Counted from the first letter of the whole stretch, positions 24,441-37,125 are shown. The stretch: 63,699 nucleotides of DNA, filler included, from Octopus bimaculoides (GCF_001194135.2; 5 parts of 5 records of this genome joined end to end with filler, not necessarily neighbours in it); one strand, 5' to 3'. A program made the numbers and translations. Notes: generated by a model not told the origin, from the sequence alone.

Positions 24441-25759
24441 GATTTGCATTTATACATTATCGTATCTCAAAAATTTACCGCAAGAAATTTCGCCATACGG
24501 AAGTGATAAAACGTATTATATCCGCATTTTCTAAAATAAAATAATATAAAAATTAAAAATGATTGAAGGTTTTATAAAAGCAAGTCTTTATTCAACGTCA
24601 AACATTAAAAAAAAAACGTGATGAGGTCGTTTAAAATGAAATTTCTTACGACGAAATTTCCTATAACCTTACATCATACATTATCTCCATCCTGTTCGAA
24701 TATTTACGCCGTTTCTCTTCCCATCTTCATCACCTTTTTATTTATTATATATTCTAAATGCTAGCGTATTCACTCAGTTGGAAAAAATTACTTTTAAACT
24801 AGAAGGAATGTCAGTCCCGAAGCGTCAGGTGGGTCGATACATTACGGTATAATATCTTATCCATGTCGACACCGACTACAAATACTTTCTCCAAATTGTG
24901 CTACAGATTTTAACTTCATAGTTTGTATACTTAATCAATCTAATATATATCTGTGGCCTAGGTTATCTGGGTACTCAAGTTATCGAAATCCTGAAAGCCA
25001 AAATGGAAATCGTCCGGTTAGAAACTGAAAACGTATTGAGCTGACATTAACCACCTAATACATAAATTCTTTTCAGTACTAATTCTCTTATTTCGCTTTC
25101 TATAACGAAAAATATAGTTTTGTAAATGCATTCACGTTTTCCGCCTAGATCTACATAAAGTATTTAAAGGTGGCATTCAGGAGAAAAAAATATTCGGTAA
25201 AGCTTTTATTATTTCAAGGCAATATTTGAAAGGGAAATTATCGTACTTTTTACTTCATTTTCATTAGAATTAAACTAGAAGTGTGCTACAAGAGACATTT
25301 GGCATTTTGATTTTACTGTTGAAGATGTTAGTTTTGTTGTTGCTGTTGTTTTTTGTGTCGTAAGTTTTGCTAGGATACTGGACGACACAATATTTAGACA
25401 GAAGAAAGAAGCTATCTGTATTATCCAGAGGCTTAATTACATTCAATATAAAACACATTCAATGAATCACAATCACAGTGCAACGAATGAATTAGTGTTT
25501 AATTGAAAGAAGCGCGACCATATCTTCGTACATACATAAATACATACGTACGTGCGTGCGTGAGTGCACACGACGTGGTACATTGCGGGGTTTCTGTCCG
25601 CCAAATTCACTGACAAGGCGTCGATAAAAGATACATGTCCAAGATGCGGCGCAGTTGTATGAAACCGGAAGCCTCGTGTTGGAAAGCAATGTTCTTAACC
25701 GCGCAGTTAAGCTTATACATACATATGTAGATATTTATGCATATTAATGTGTGTGTGAG

Positions 25760-25787
25760 AGAGAGAGAGAGTAAGAGAGAAATAGTA

Positions 25788-25826
<39 letters not shown>

Positions 25827-25935
25827 TAGATAGACAGAGAGATAGATAGAGAGAGAGATAGATAGATAGATAGAGAGATAGATAGATAGATAGATAGATA
25901 GAGAGATAGATAGAGAGATAGATAGATAGATAGAG

Positions 25936-25966
<31 letters not shown>

Positions 25967-26147
25967 TAGAGATAAATAGATAGATAGATAGAGAGATATA
26001 TAGATAGATAGATAGAGAGATATATAGATAGATAGATAGATAGAGAGATAGATAGAGAGATGGATAGATAGATAGATAGAGAGATATATAGATAGATAGA
26101 TAGAGAGATATATAGATAGATAGAGAGAGATATATAGATAGATAGAG

Positions 26148-26192
<45 letters not shown>

Positions 26193-26210
26193 TAGATAGA
26201 TAGATAGAGG
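25760..26210. repeat. Compound (GA)n/(TA)n/(GATA)n microsatellite
   Basis: Direct reading. Confidence 0.95.
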
Positions 26211-26689
26211 GGGACGAAGGTATTGTTGAATAGGTCCTAAGATTTCAGCGAAATGAGTCACCAACTAAGGTTCGATCCTTGATTACAGTTTTTTTTTCGG
26301 TTCGCTTTTTGTGAAATGCATTCTCGTTACAGTTCCTATTTTCTTACTTTCCTGAAGTCTTGAAGTCTTTAGGACTGATCATCTATTGATGTTCATGGTC
26401 ACCAATGAGCTTCAAATGTCAAGCAATTCACATTCTTTATCGATTATCTGGCTGCTCTGTCTCTCTTTCACTTTTCCTAAATACATGTGTGAGAAAGGGA
26501 ATGAAGAGGCGGGTATATTAGCATTACTACTCAGATGACGTCATCTTTTATCTATTTTTTCTTAATTACCCAAGACTGAAACTTCCTACATTTTCAAAGC
26601 CTTCCAAAACATCATCTAAAAAACAAGCAGCGGTATTTATAATTTTTAAATTAATGATAATTTAATTTGATATCTTTTTAAAAATTATT

Positions 26690-26844
26690 TTCCTGTTGTG
26701 TTTTGAGAAGTTTACTTCCCAACCGCATGGTTTCGGGTTCACTTCCACCTTGTGGGTTCCTGGGAAATTGTCTTCTTCTACAGCCTCGGGCCGACCAAAA
26801 TCTTGTGAATGGATTTGGTAGCTAGAAACTGAAAGTCTGTCATA

Positions 26845-26845
<1 letters not shown>
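26690..26845 (+). mobile_element. Family B SINE head
   Basis: ccaaccgcatggtttcgggttca..ctcgggccgacc; ends in a TA tract. Confidence 0.75.
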
Positions 26846-26883
<38 letters not shown>

Positions 26884-26885
<2 letters not shown>

Positions 26886-27059
26886 GTTTCGGCTGATATA
26901 CCCTCCAGCTTTCATCAGCTGTCTTGGGGAAATTTCGAACCTGGGTTCCCATTCCTAAAGTATTTTTCGATGTTATTATTCAGGTCACTGCCTGGAATCG
27001 AACTCGGAATCTTGGGGTTAGTAGCCCGCGCTCTTAACCACTATGTCATATGCCCGTGG
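26884..27059 (-). mobile_element. Second tRNA-like + hammerhead repeat copy
   Basis: CTGATGA-AAGCTG(gagggtatat)CAGCC-GAAACGT directly abutting (TA)n. tRNA-like head at about 26983-27055. Confidence 0.75.
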
Positions 27060-27120
27060 GTCAAATATCCGTCAAATGTAAATAATGTGCATCGTTACAG
27101 CATTATAAGATTAGGGAAAT

Positions 27121-27585
27121 ACGGTGGCAATCTGGCAGAGATGCTACTACACCGGACGTTCTGAATTCGAATTCCGCCGAGGTCGACTTTGCCTTTCATC
27201 CTTTCGCGGTCGATAAATTAAGTACCAGTTGCGTCCTGTGGTCGATCTAATCGACTGCGCCCCTCCCTCAAAATTTCGGGCCTTGTGCCTAGAGTAGAAA
27301 AGATTATAAGATTAAGGAAATAAGGCAGCGAGCTGGCAGAGTGGTTAGCACACCGGGCGAAATGCTTAGAGGTACTTCGTCTGTCATTACGTTCTGAGTT
27401 CAAATTCCGCCGAGGTCGACTTTGCCTTTCATCCTTTCATGCTCGATAAATTTAGTACTAGTTGCGTCTTGGGGTCGATCTAATCGACTGACCCCCCTTC
27501 CCTCAAAATTTCGGGCCTAGTGTGCCTAGAGTAGAGAAGATTATAAGATTAAGGAAATTCAGGACTTGTGCCTAGAGTAGAAAAG
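27121..27585 (+). mobile_element. Three tandem family A SINE units separated by a 19-bp direct repeat
   Basis: Units at 27121-27302, 27322-27539 and 27559-27585. ATTATAAGATTA(G/A)GGAAAT occurs four times. Confidence 0.85.
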
Positions 27586-28235
27586 ATTATAAGATTAAGG
27601 AAATCTAGTCAAGAACATAAAAGTCACAGGCAAAACACGAATGAAGAGTAGCTTATTCCACTAAGAAACAACAACCAGATCTCTTTCAAACCACACTCTA
27701 CCTTCTTAAAGAAGGAGGGATAATTTGTATAATTTTATTATGAGTACACTATATCTGGAACCCCAAGAAAAAACAAACCAAGCAATCAAAGACAGAATAA
27801 TCTCTGATGCATTTAGCCGAAAGACCTTTCGGTCAGGGATGACCATAGCGAAACAACAATAACAACTTCAACTTCAAAAGTTGATTTTCTGAAAGAGAAC
27901 ATTCATGCGATCAATCGATAAAGTTTAGCCGTTGTTATGGGCAATCTTCTTTTCAGAGCTTATTCGTATACTTGTGTCGTAGTACACTGCATTTCTGTGG
28001 TATTTTATCATACATTAAAAATTTGTTGTGTTCGCCATGTATTTATTAAACATTCATTTACATTTGTTAAATAATTCATCATTTTAATACATTATTCAAA
28101 AGCCTAAACTAATTTAGATAGATTCTATTAAAAGAGATGAAATAAAGATTCAGATAAAATTTGAGAAATACTTTGGAGAAGATGGAAGCTAGTCTCCTGC
28201 AGAGGAAGTTTTAACGCATGGTCTCTCTCTGTCTG

Positions 28236-28266
<31 letters not shown>

Positions 28267-28295
28267 CTCTGTGTCTTTCTCTCTCTATGTATATA

Positions 28296-28555
28296 TATTC
28301 TTTTACTTGTTTCAGACATTTGACTGCGGCCGTGCTGGAGCACCGCCTTAAAGGGTTTTACTCGAAGAAATCGATCCCAGGATTATTCTTTGTAAACCTA
28401 GTACTTATTATTTCGGTCTCTTTTGCCGAACCGCTGAATGACGAGGATATAAACTCAACAGCACCGGTCGTCAAGGGATGGCGGGGTGGGGACAAACACA
28501 CACACACACACACATACATATATATTTAATATATACGACAGGCTGCTCTCAATTT
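28296..28555 (-). mobile_element. Family B SINE 3' part
   Basis: ttttacttgtttcag..tgactgcggcc.tgctggagcaccgcc. Confidence 0.8.
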
Positions 28556-29174
28556 TATGATTCAACTGTACTACTTGCCTGAATTTGTAAATCTATCTCA
28601 CGTCAGCGTGTATTTGTAAATCTATTTATAATTAAANNNNNNNNNNNNNNNNNNNNNNNNNNNNNNNNNNNNNNNNNNNNNNNNNNNNNNNNNNNNNNNN
28701 NNNNNNNNNNNNNNNNNNNNNNNNNNNNNNNNNNNNNNNNNNNNNNNNNNNNNNNNNNNNNNNNNNNNNNNNNNNNNNNNNNNNNNNNNNNNNNNNNNNN
28801 NNNNNNNNNNNNNNNNNNNNNNNNNNNNNNNNNNNNNNNNNNNNNNNNNNNNNNNNNNNNNNNNNNNNNNNNNNNNNNNNNNNNNNNNNNNNNNNNNNNN
28901 NNNNNNNNNNNNNNNNNNNNNNNNNNNNNNNNNNNNNNNNNNNNNNNNNNNNNNNNNNNNNNNNNNNNNNNNNNNNNNNNNNNNNNNNNNNNNNNNNNNN
29001 NNNNNNNNNNNNNNNNNNNNNNNNNNNNNNNNNNNNNNNNNNNNNNNNNNNNNNNNNNNNNNNNNNNNNNNNNNNNNNNNNNNNNNNNNNNNNNNNNNNN
29101 NNNNNNNNNNNNNNNNNTCTCTCTCTCTCTGTGTCTTTCTCTCTCTATGTATATATATATGTATGTATGTATAT

Positions 29175-29460
29175 AATGTCATCTACTGCATCTCCTGCTC
29201 TCCCTGCTCTTCTCTATACATTGGGCAAACGGGACGCCGCTTGGCTGACTGGTTCGCGGAAAAACTTCCGAGACATCCGACTCGGCAATGACACCCCGGT
29301 CTCGTGCCATTTCCGCTCTGCTGGTCACTCTTTGCAACGCCTGTCCGTGTTCAGATTGTCCTTGCACAGGGGCCATCCGGGCTCCCGTTTGCGCCGTGAA
29401 CAGGGATTTTACCTCTCTCTCTTCACTCCTTTGCGCCACATGGACTCATCTCTCCTCCTT
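29175..29460 (+). pseudogene. Penelope-like element GIY-YIG endonuclease remnant
   Basis: NVIYCISCSPCSSLYIGQTGRRLADWFAE/RDIRLGNDTPVSCHFRSAGHS../APHGL across two frameshifts. Followed by a C-rich tail to about 30050. Confidence 0.9.
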
Positions 29461-30476
29461 CATCTAACACTCCTCCCCTCTCCTCTCTCCCTCTCACACC
29501 TACTTCCTTTCATCCACCTCTCCTGTCTTGTTCCGACTCCTACTTCTTCTCTTCACTCCTACTTCTTCTCTTCATTCCTACTTCTTCTCTCCACTCCTAC
29601 TCTCCTTCTCTCTTCTCGTCACTCCTACCCACCTTCTCCCTTCCCCCTCTCTATTCATCGTCCCCCATCCCTCGTAATCCCACCCTAAACAATCCAACTG
29701 TACCTTCCCTATCTCTCCAATCCCACCCCACCCCATCCCCTACACCCACTCCCACATACCCCCACCTACACCCCACCCTCAGCCTAACCCACACCCCACC
29801 CTTGCTTTCCCAACTCTCGCCTCCCCCACATCCCAACACCACCACACCACACACCACCATACCACACAAAACCACATCACATCACATCACACCACCACGC
29901 ACACACTAGCACTGACCACTTCCCAGCTCCACACCATATCCACATGCCAACGCATACACACACGCACACGTTAAGGTCACCAACCCACTTCCATATGCAC
30001 ATACATTCTCTCTTATACACACGCACGTGCACCTTCGGGCGTGAACCTACTTTTCCCCATGTGAGGTCCTGGTCATTGTCAAGGGACAAGCATTACATTG
30101 CATATATACATACATACATGTGTGTGTGTGTTTTTGTATCTTTCACCGTTATACATCGGCGAAGGATATAGACATTGGCACAAAAATGGGAGATCTTCGA
30201 ATAAATTTTTTTTACGAGAATTGATTCTTTGCCGACATTGAGTTAGATATGTAGTTTGCGATTGACTGGTTAGAAACCTTTTACTAACGACGCTGTTGCT
30301 CAGAAAATTGTGATATTAAAGAAAAGAACGAACGCAATTTAAGATGCTCAAGTACACAGACTTCAACAATATGTGTGTGTGTGCAGGAGTGTACTCGCTC
30401 GTTCACCCGTGTGTGCGTGCATATCTGTCTATCTATCTATCTATTTATCTACCGTTACGCGCGCGCACACACACAC

Positions 30477-30518
<42 letters not shown>

Positions 30519-30582
30519 CACATGACATATACAACGGCGGAAAGAGAACGTGAGAGTTTTATATATATATATATATATATAT

Positions 30583-31700
30583 ATACTCTTTTACTTGTTC
30601 CAGTCAGTTGACTGCGGCTATGCTGGAGCACCAACTTTAGTCGAGCAAATCGACCCCAGAGCTTATTCTTTGTAAGCCTATCGGGTCTCTTTTGCCGAAC
30701 CGCTAAGTTACAGGAACGTAAACACACGGCATCGTTTGTCAAGCGATGTTGGGGGCACAAACACAGACACACAAATATATATACACATATACATATACAT
30801 ATATGACGGGCTTCTTCTAGCTTCCGTCTATCAAATTCACTCATAAGGCTTTAGTCGGCCCGAGGCTATAGTAGAAGACACTTGCCCAAAGTGCCACGTA
30901 GTGGGACTGAACTCGGGACCATGTGGTTGGTAAGCAAGCTACTTACCACACAGCCACTCTTGCACCGATGTGTGTGTATCTTTTCACTTTTACTTGTTTC
31001 TGTCATTGGACCGTGGTCAGCTGGGGCAAACACCCTGACATGTCTAGTCGAACAGATTGACTCTGATACTGACTCTATTGGCCTCTTTTTGTTAATTTTT
31101 TGCTTTTTGCTAATTTATAGGATGTAAACAAACCAACTCCGGTTTTCAAGCCGTTTGGGTCAGGGTCATAAACGCATATCTCTTTTACTCTTTTACTTGT
31201 TTCAGTCATTTGACTGCGGCCATGCTGGAGCACCGCCTTTAGTCGAATCAAATCGACTCCAGGACTTATTCTTTGTAAGCCTAGTACTTATTCTATCGGG
31301 TCACTTTTTGCCGAACCGCTAAGTTACGGGGACGTGAACACACCAGCATCGGTTGTCAAGCGATGCTGGGGGGAGGGACAAACACAGACACACAAACACA
31401 TACATATATATATACGACGGACTTCTTTCAGTTTCCGTCTACCAAATCCACTCACAAGGCTTTGGTCGGCCCGAGGCTATAGTAGAAGACACTTGCCCAA
31501 GGTGCCACGCAGTGGGACTGCATATATATTTATAAAGAACAGCGTTCGTTCAGTTTCTGTTCACCAAACCCACCTTCAAGGCTTTAATTTGTTTGATGCT
31601 ATAGTGGAAGACATGGAGCCAAGAGCACCCGCTGTGAGACTGAACCCGGAACCATGTGGTTAGGAAGCAAATTTCTTAACACACAGTTACGCCTGCACCA
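30583..31700 (-). mobile_element. Cluster of four family B SINE copies
   Basis: Copies at about 30583-30960, 30980-31160, 31180-31520 and 31540-31700. Head on the minus strand reads gtggctgtgtggtaag..ggt(t/c)cc..gttcagtccc. Confidence 0.85.
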
Positions 31701-31830
31701 ATTTGGATGTATGTATGTATGTATGTATGTGTGCATGTATGTATGTATGTATGTATGTGTGCATGTATGTTTGTCTGTCTGTCTGTATGTATGTATGTAT
31801 GTTTGTCTGTATGTATGTATGTATGTATAC

Positions 31831-32116
31831 GTGCAGATTTGTATGCATTGTTTTATGTGTGTATTCTCATGCATATAGTTACATATCTAGACATGCTCAT
31901 ATATATTTAAATGCTAAACTTCTGGAAAGTTTTACAGATTTTTACAGTTCCAGTGATGGATTGGATCTGTTATCCTCGGATTAGCTTTCTTCTTTCTGGT
32001 TTTGAGAAGCCTGATTTCTCAAGATTGGTATTTATGCAGTGTGTTACATATCCCAGGGCCCCAACAATTACAGGTATAAACCTGAACTTGTAATCTGGAT
32101 AGAGCAGCTGTAAAGC
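31831..32116 (-). mobile_element. RLE LINE 3' end in (CATA)n, family distinct from the TAA-targeted ones
   Basis: LYPDYKFRFIPVIVGALGYVTHCINTNLEKSGFSKPERRKLI..SITGTVKICKTF. (TATG)n on both flanks. Confidence 0.85.
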
Positions 32117-32580
32117 ATGTATGTACGCATGTATGTATGTATGTATGTATGTATGTATGTGTGTCTGTGTGTATGTATGTATGAATGTGTATATGTTGTA
32201 TGTATGCGTGCATGCATGTATGTAGGTAGGTGTGTGTGTGTATGTGTGTGTGTGTGTGTGAAGCCATTATGCTGCACTAAACGCCGATTCCGGGCAATTG
32301 CAAATGCAGGCACCCAGTCTCTCACGCGCCCATACATCTCTATCAACACACAAACGCACACGCTGGATCGCACATACATCGCTTAAGTGTCATTCCATGT
32401 TCAGCTCTTATCTCACCATAATTACCAGCGGACTTTTAAAACTATCGTTTAGACGCCAGCCACATCAGTTTAACAGGAAATATATTTTGCTAATGTAAAA
32501 CTGATGAGTTCTGTATAGTATATGCGGAAAATCGATTTTGTGTCACGGTTTCCATTTTCTACAGTAAAATCCTAGAAGTA

Positions 32581-32803
32581 CAGTAATCCCTCGACTATCG
32601 CGGGTGTTACGTTCCAAAATACCCCGTGGTAGGTGAAAATCCACGAAGTAGAAACAGTACTGTACTGTATTTTTTATATTTCTTTTTTTATAATTTGTAT
32701 ATAGTTATTTTAATATAAATGCAAAGCAACACCACGGAGGAATCGACGTAAGCTTAAATAATAAACCGCGATAAGTGAACCGCGATATGGTGAAGGATTA
32801 CTG
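32581..32803. mobile_element. Tigger-type MITE
   Basis: TIRs CAGTAATCC(C/T)TC..TATCGCGG with TA TSD on both sides. Confidence 0.85.
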
Positions 32804-33802
32804 TATATGGATAACACACATGGTGCAAGCGTGGCTGTGTGGTAAGAAGTTTGTTTTTCAACCACATGGTTCCGGTTTTTGTACTACTNNNNNNNNNNCC
32901 TACCTATCTATATATCTATCTATCTATCTATGCGTTTTTTTTCTTCTTTCTTCCCGCGATCCCTTTTGATCGAAATTATCCCCCCCCCCCACCAAGAAAA
33001 GCTCTACATTGTAATTTGTCCATTTTCTGTATTTAGCCCTCGGTGGCTATAATAAAAAGATATCTATGCGTGTATCTTTGTGTCTCAGTCTGTACCACAC
33101 CCTCGCTTGACAACCGGTGTTGATGTGATTACGTCCCTGTAACATAGTAGTCCGGCAAAAAGCCCCGGAGGAATGAGTAGCTGGTTTCTAAAAACTAATT
33201 ACCGGGTTCGACTAAAAATTATTCAAGGTGAGGCCCCAGCATGGCCGCAGCCTAATGACTGAAACAAGTAACGGACAATCGAAAGCTACCTATTTACTCT
33301 AACTCTCAAATCTTCCATACAAAGAAGTCCAGAAAGTAAATCAATTTAATAAAACCAACATAGTATTTATTCTTTGAGACCGGAGTGAGACGGGGCAGAG
33401 GAAACTGGAAAGCGAAGTTTCCGTCATTGCAAAGGGTTCATAAGCGGCCCTCGGAAGCACTGACTACTTTCGCTTTTTTTTTTTTTTTTGTTACCACTTA
33501 CAAGAAATCCTGGATCTATTTTAAAACGGGGGCCACATTTTTCATTAATGTTTTACGTAGTGTTTTTGGTACGGAAAGACTTTCAAACTTCGTATACTTA
33601 TCTATTTTGTGTTATAGAACAGAAAAATATTTTTGTATTCGAATTTATTTCATGTAAAAAATTGTCTTATTTCGATAATTTCAACCAATCACTGACAAGT
33701 ATTCAGTTGTTTACATTTACTCCTTTGGCTGATTAAGCGATGTAAAGCGTATTTAATCTCCATACCTTCGTTTTATTTGCTTTTTTCATTTTAAATTTGC
33801 TT

Positions 33803-33856
33803 TAACCCTAACACTAACCCTAACCCTAGAGTTAGTGTTAGGGTTAGGGTTAGGGT
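33803..33856. repeat. Short inverted telomere-like repeats
   Basis: (CCCTAA)-like units followed by (TTAGGG)-like units. Confidence 0.85.
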
Positions 33857-34724
33857 CAATTGTTTCAGAATCGTTTGTTTATGTAGTCGGCACTAACCCT
33901 AAAGGGAAAATGCAAGGGTTAGGGAAAATGCAAGAGCGACAAAAAGATATTACGTGTTTCTGAAGAGCGTAGAGTCCAGTGAACAAACTTCATGGGTAAA
34001 GTGAAACTGGCACACATCTTGTTAAAATATTATCTTTCATTTGTTTCTGTCATTAGACTGCGCCCAGGCTATTCAAAAGACATTTGGCCAAGGTGTCACG
34101 CAGCGGAACTGAACCTAGATCCATGAGGTTTTGAAGCAAACTTCCTACCACATAGCCATACCTGCACCTTCCCACAAGTAATAAAAAACTGTTTTATAGC
34201 ACAGACACGAGAACACTGAGTCCGGAGAAAAGTATGATTGATAAAACCGACCAAAGTAATTAATTGTTACTTGTTTCATCGAAGAGATGAAGTTGAAATT
34301 GGACTGAGTTGAATTTGAAGTTCACATGACAAAGAGCCAATAGTAGATACCAAAACGGAAATCATCTGAAGCTCCTCTAATTCTGTCAATCACCTGACAT
34401 AAAAATATATGCTGTTACGGAACCGGTTCACAAATATTCTGCTATTAAATTACATCAAGTCCTATAATTTGACTGATTTAGGATAAGCGAAAAGCAAACT
34501 AGGTCTTGTGGAATTCGAACTCAGACGTAAAGGGACGTAGCTAAACCGATCTGTCAATCACTGTTTTATTCCTATGAGAAATGCCTCAAATTTAAAGTCA
34601 GGCTCATGGGGAAACTAAGAGTGACTCCTAGATTCATTTCCTGGTTGAAATTCGTTAACTTCTCCTATTACATGTGACCAGTTAATACAAGTTATTATAC
34701 GTTCTGCTGCTAAGCTTAAGCTTA

Positions 34725-35390
34725 ATAATAGTTTCAAATTTTGGCACAGGGCCAGCATTTTTTGGAGGAGGGGATGAATCGATTATATCGACCACATTGT
34801 TCTGCCAGTACTTATTTTATTGACCTCGATGGGATGAAAGGCAAAGTCGACCTCGGCGGAATTTGAACTCAGAAAGAACATAATGATGGACGAAATGCCG
34901 CTAAGCATTTTTACCGGTGTGATAACGATTCTGACCGTTCGCTGCCTTAAACAACGATTTCAAATTCTGGCAGAAGGCTAACAATTTTTGGTGAGCGTGT
35001 AAGCCGTTTACATTGATGCCGGAGTTCAGCTGGTACTTGTTTTATCGACCTCGATAGGATGAAAGGCAAAATTGGAATTTGAACCAGAGCACAAAAAAAA
35101 AAAATACCACTAAGCATTTTGTCCGACGTGCTGACGAGTCCACCACCTCACCGCCTTGAAACACCAGACTAATATTAAGCTTAACACAAAGCAGATTACA
35201 GACAAAAGCTTTACCGCGCCGAACGAAATTATTAGCGGCATTCCGTCCGTCTTTACACTCTCCGGTCAAATTCCACTGGGGTTGACTTTGCCTTTCATCC
35301 TTTTGGGGTCGATAAAATAAGTACTGAGGTCGGTGTAACCGACTAGCTCCACCCCTCCGCTAAAATTTCAGGCCTTTCTATAATAGAAAA
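34725..35390. mobile_element. Family A SINE cluster: two minus copies, then one plus copy
   Basis: Core motif present in both orientations. Confidence 0.8.
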
Positions 35391-35669
35391 GATTTTAAAC
35401 CTAGAACGTAGCTTCATATCTGTTACCATTTCATGAATGTGATGGCGATAGTCATTATTATTATTATGGTACGGCAGTATAAAGTCATGAATGTTCTTGA
35501 AAGCCGCACGGTCCAGTTAGGGAAACACTTGTAATTTCTTCTTTTTTTAACAAAAGCTAACATTTATTTATTCACGTTAACGACATATTTTTGACAGGAA
35601 AAGAAAAAGAAAACATTAAAAAGGCAAATCGAGAAAAATACAGCCATAACCACCTCACCAAAGAAACGA

Positions 35670-35975
35670 AGGAAAAGAAACTTGTAAAGGCGTTGCCGCA
35701 GAGAGTGGCCAGAGGCACTCGCTGCAACAGCCACCCCACTTCGTGCGGCTCATTTCTCAGACGAACCGCCGTTATCCCGATTTTCCAGAAGAAATTGACA
35801 GCCCAATAACACTTGAGATCTCGATGGCGAACGGTACGAACTGATAGCGACCGGTCAGGCTCCTGAAACGCTTGGCAACGATATGTTTTGACTCTACAGT
35901 TAACCACTTTAACCGCTATATACACAGTGACAGTGAGAACAAAGTATCTTGGTCGTGAACACAACGCTGCCCCGA
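35670..35975 (-). mobile_element. CRE-like RLE LINE 3' fragment
   Basis: FRSLTGRYQFVPFAIEISSVIG../..EPHEVGWLLQRVPLATLCGNA resembles the CRE C-terminal signature (PxAxETxG..WLxQRxSLAxxRGNA). Confidence 0.6.
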
Positions 35976-36077
35976 TAACAAGATATAAATTGTCCGAACT
36001 CTAATTAAGTGAGGCCAGTATACCAATCTAGTTATTTGCGACTGTACACAAACCACGCACCCCCACAAAAAAACAAA

Positions 36078-36915
36078 TTGGCATTTTGACGGTTACGACA
36101 ACGTATTTTATTGATCCAATCATTGCAACAGTCTGCTCGTGAAATTAACCTGCAAATGACTGAGTATTCCACAGATATGTGTAACCATAACATAGTTCTC
36201 AGGAAATTTCGGTGCGATGTAGAATGTGACAAGGCAGACCTTTTGAAATACAGGTACTACTCTTTTTATTGCCAGCTGAAGGGACACAACGCGCTGCCGG
36301 TATTAGAACGCCTGCCCTCCCGATCGCGGGCTGAATGTTTTAACTACTAAGCCGCGCGCCCTCACTACTGCTGTACAAAATAGAAGATATTAAACATCTT
36401 AGTATCCGCTGAAATCAATGAAAGATCTTTATAAAATATTTATTACCTGCAAACAGTTTGAAAAAGATTTCAGTAGCAGTCGAATTTCTCACGTCTGGAA
36501 GATAAAACATGACTCTGATAACCCCTTTTATAATGAAACATAGAATGTTGAACAATAACAGCAGCAACAACAACAACACCCCAATGATTTCTAACTTTAA
36601 TAAACTGGCATTCCGTCGGTTACGACGATGAGTATTCCAATTGATCCACTCAACGGAACAGCTTGTAAAATTACTGCACGAGTGGTTGAGTACTCCTCAC
36701 ATACATGTACTCTTAATGTTGTTCTCAGAGAGATTCAACGCGACACAGAATGCGATAAGGCTGGCCCTTTTGAAAAGGAGGTACTACTCATGTTTGCTAG
36801 CTGAGTAGAGTGGAGTAACGTGAAATAAAATGTCCTGATCAAGGACGTGGCGCGACACTAGGAATCGAACTCACGATCTTGAGCCGAATACCCGAACCAC
36901 TAAACCACGCGACTT
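36078..36915 (-). mobile_element. Two diverged copies of another tRNA-headed SINE (36078-36362, 36604-36915)
   Basis: Shared tggcatt..cggttacgac..ttgatcca..gagta.tcc..aggtactactc body and tRNA-like heads. Confidence 0.65.
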
Positions 36916-36924
36916 CACTCTAAC

Positions 36925-37125
36925 ATCAGTTTCAAATTTTGGAACAAGGTCAGTAATTTCTGGTTAGGGGGTGAGTCGATTACATCGACACCAGTGTTTA
37001 ACTGGTACTTAATTTATCGACCCCGAAAAGATGAAAGGCAAAGTCAACCACGGTGGAATTTGAACACAGAATATAAAGACGGACGAAATGCTGCTAAGCA
37101 TTTCGTCCGGCGTGCTAACGATTCT
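36925..37125 (-). mobile_element. Family A SINE
   Basis: Reverse complement of the core and head. Confidence 0.8.

Noticed and set aside
28255-29165. Same 40-bp CT-rich sequence on both sides of a gap (about 28255-28297 and 29117-29160)
   Set aside because: Low complexity and gap-adjacent; cannot be told apart from haplotype or overlap duplication.
33803-33856. Ancient telomere fusion site
   Set aside because: Wrong polarity (CCCTAA then TTAGGG) and only a few units.
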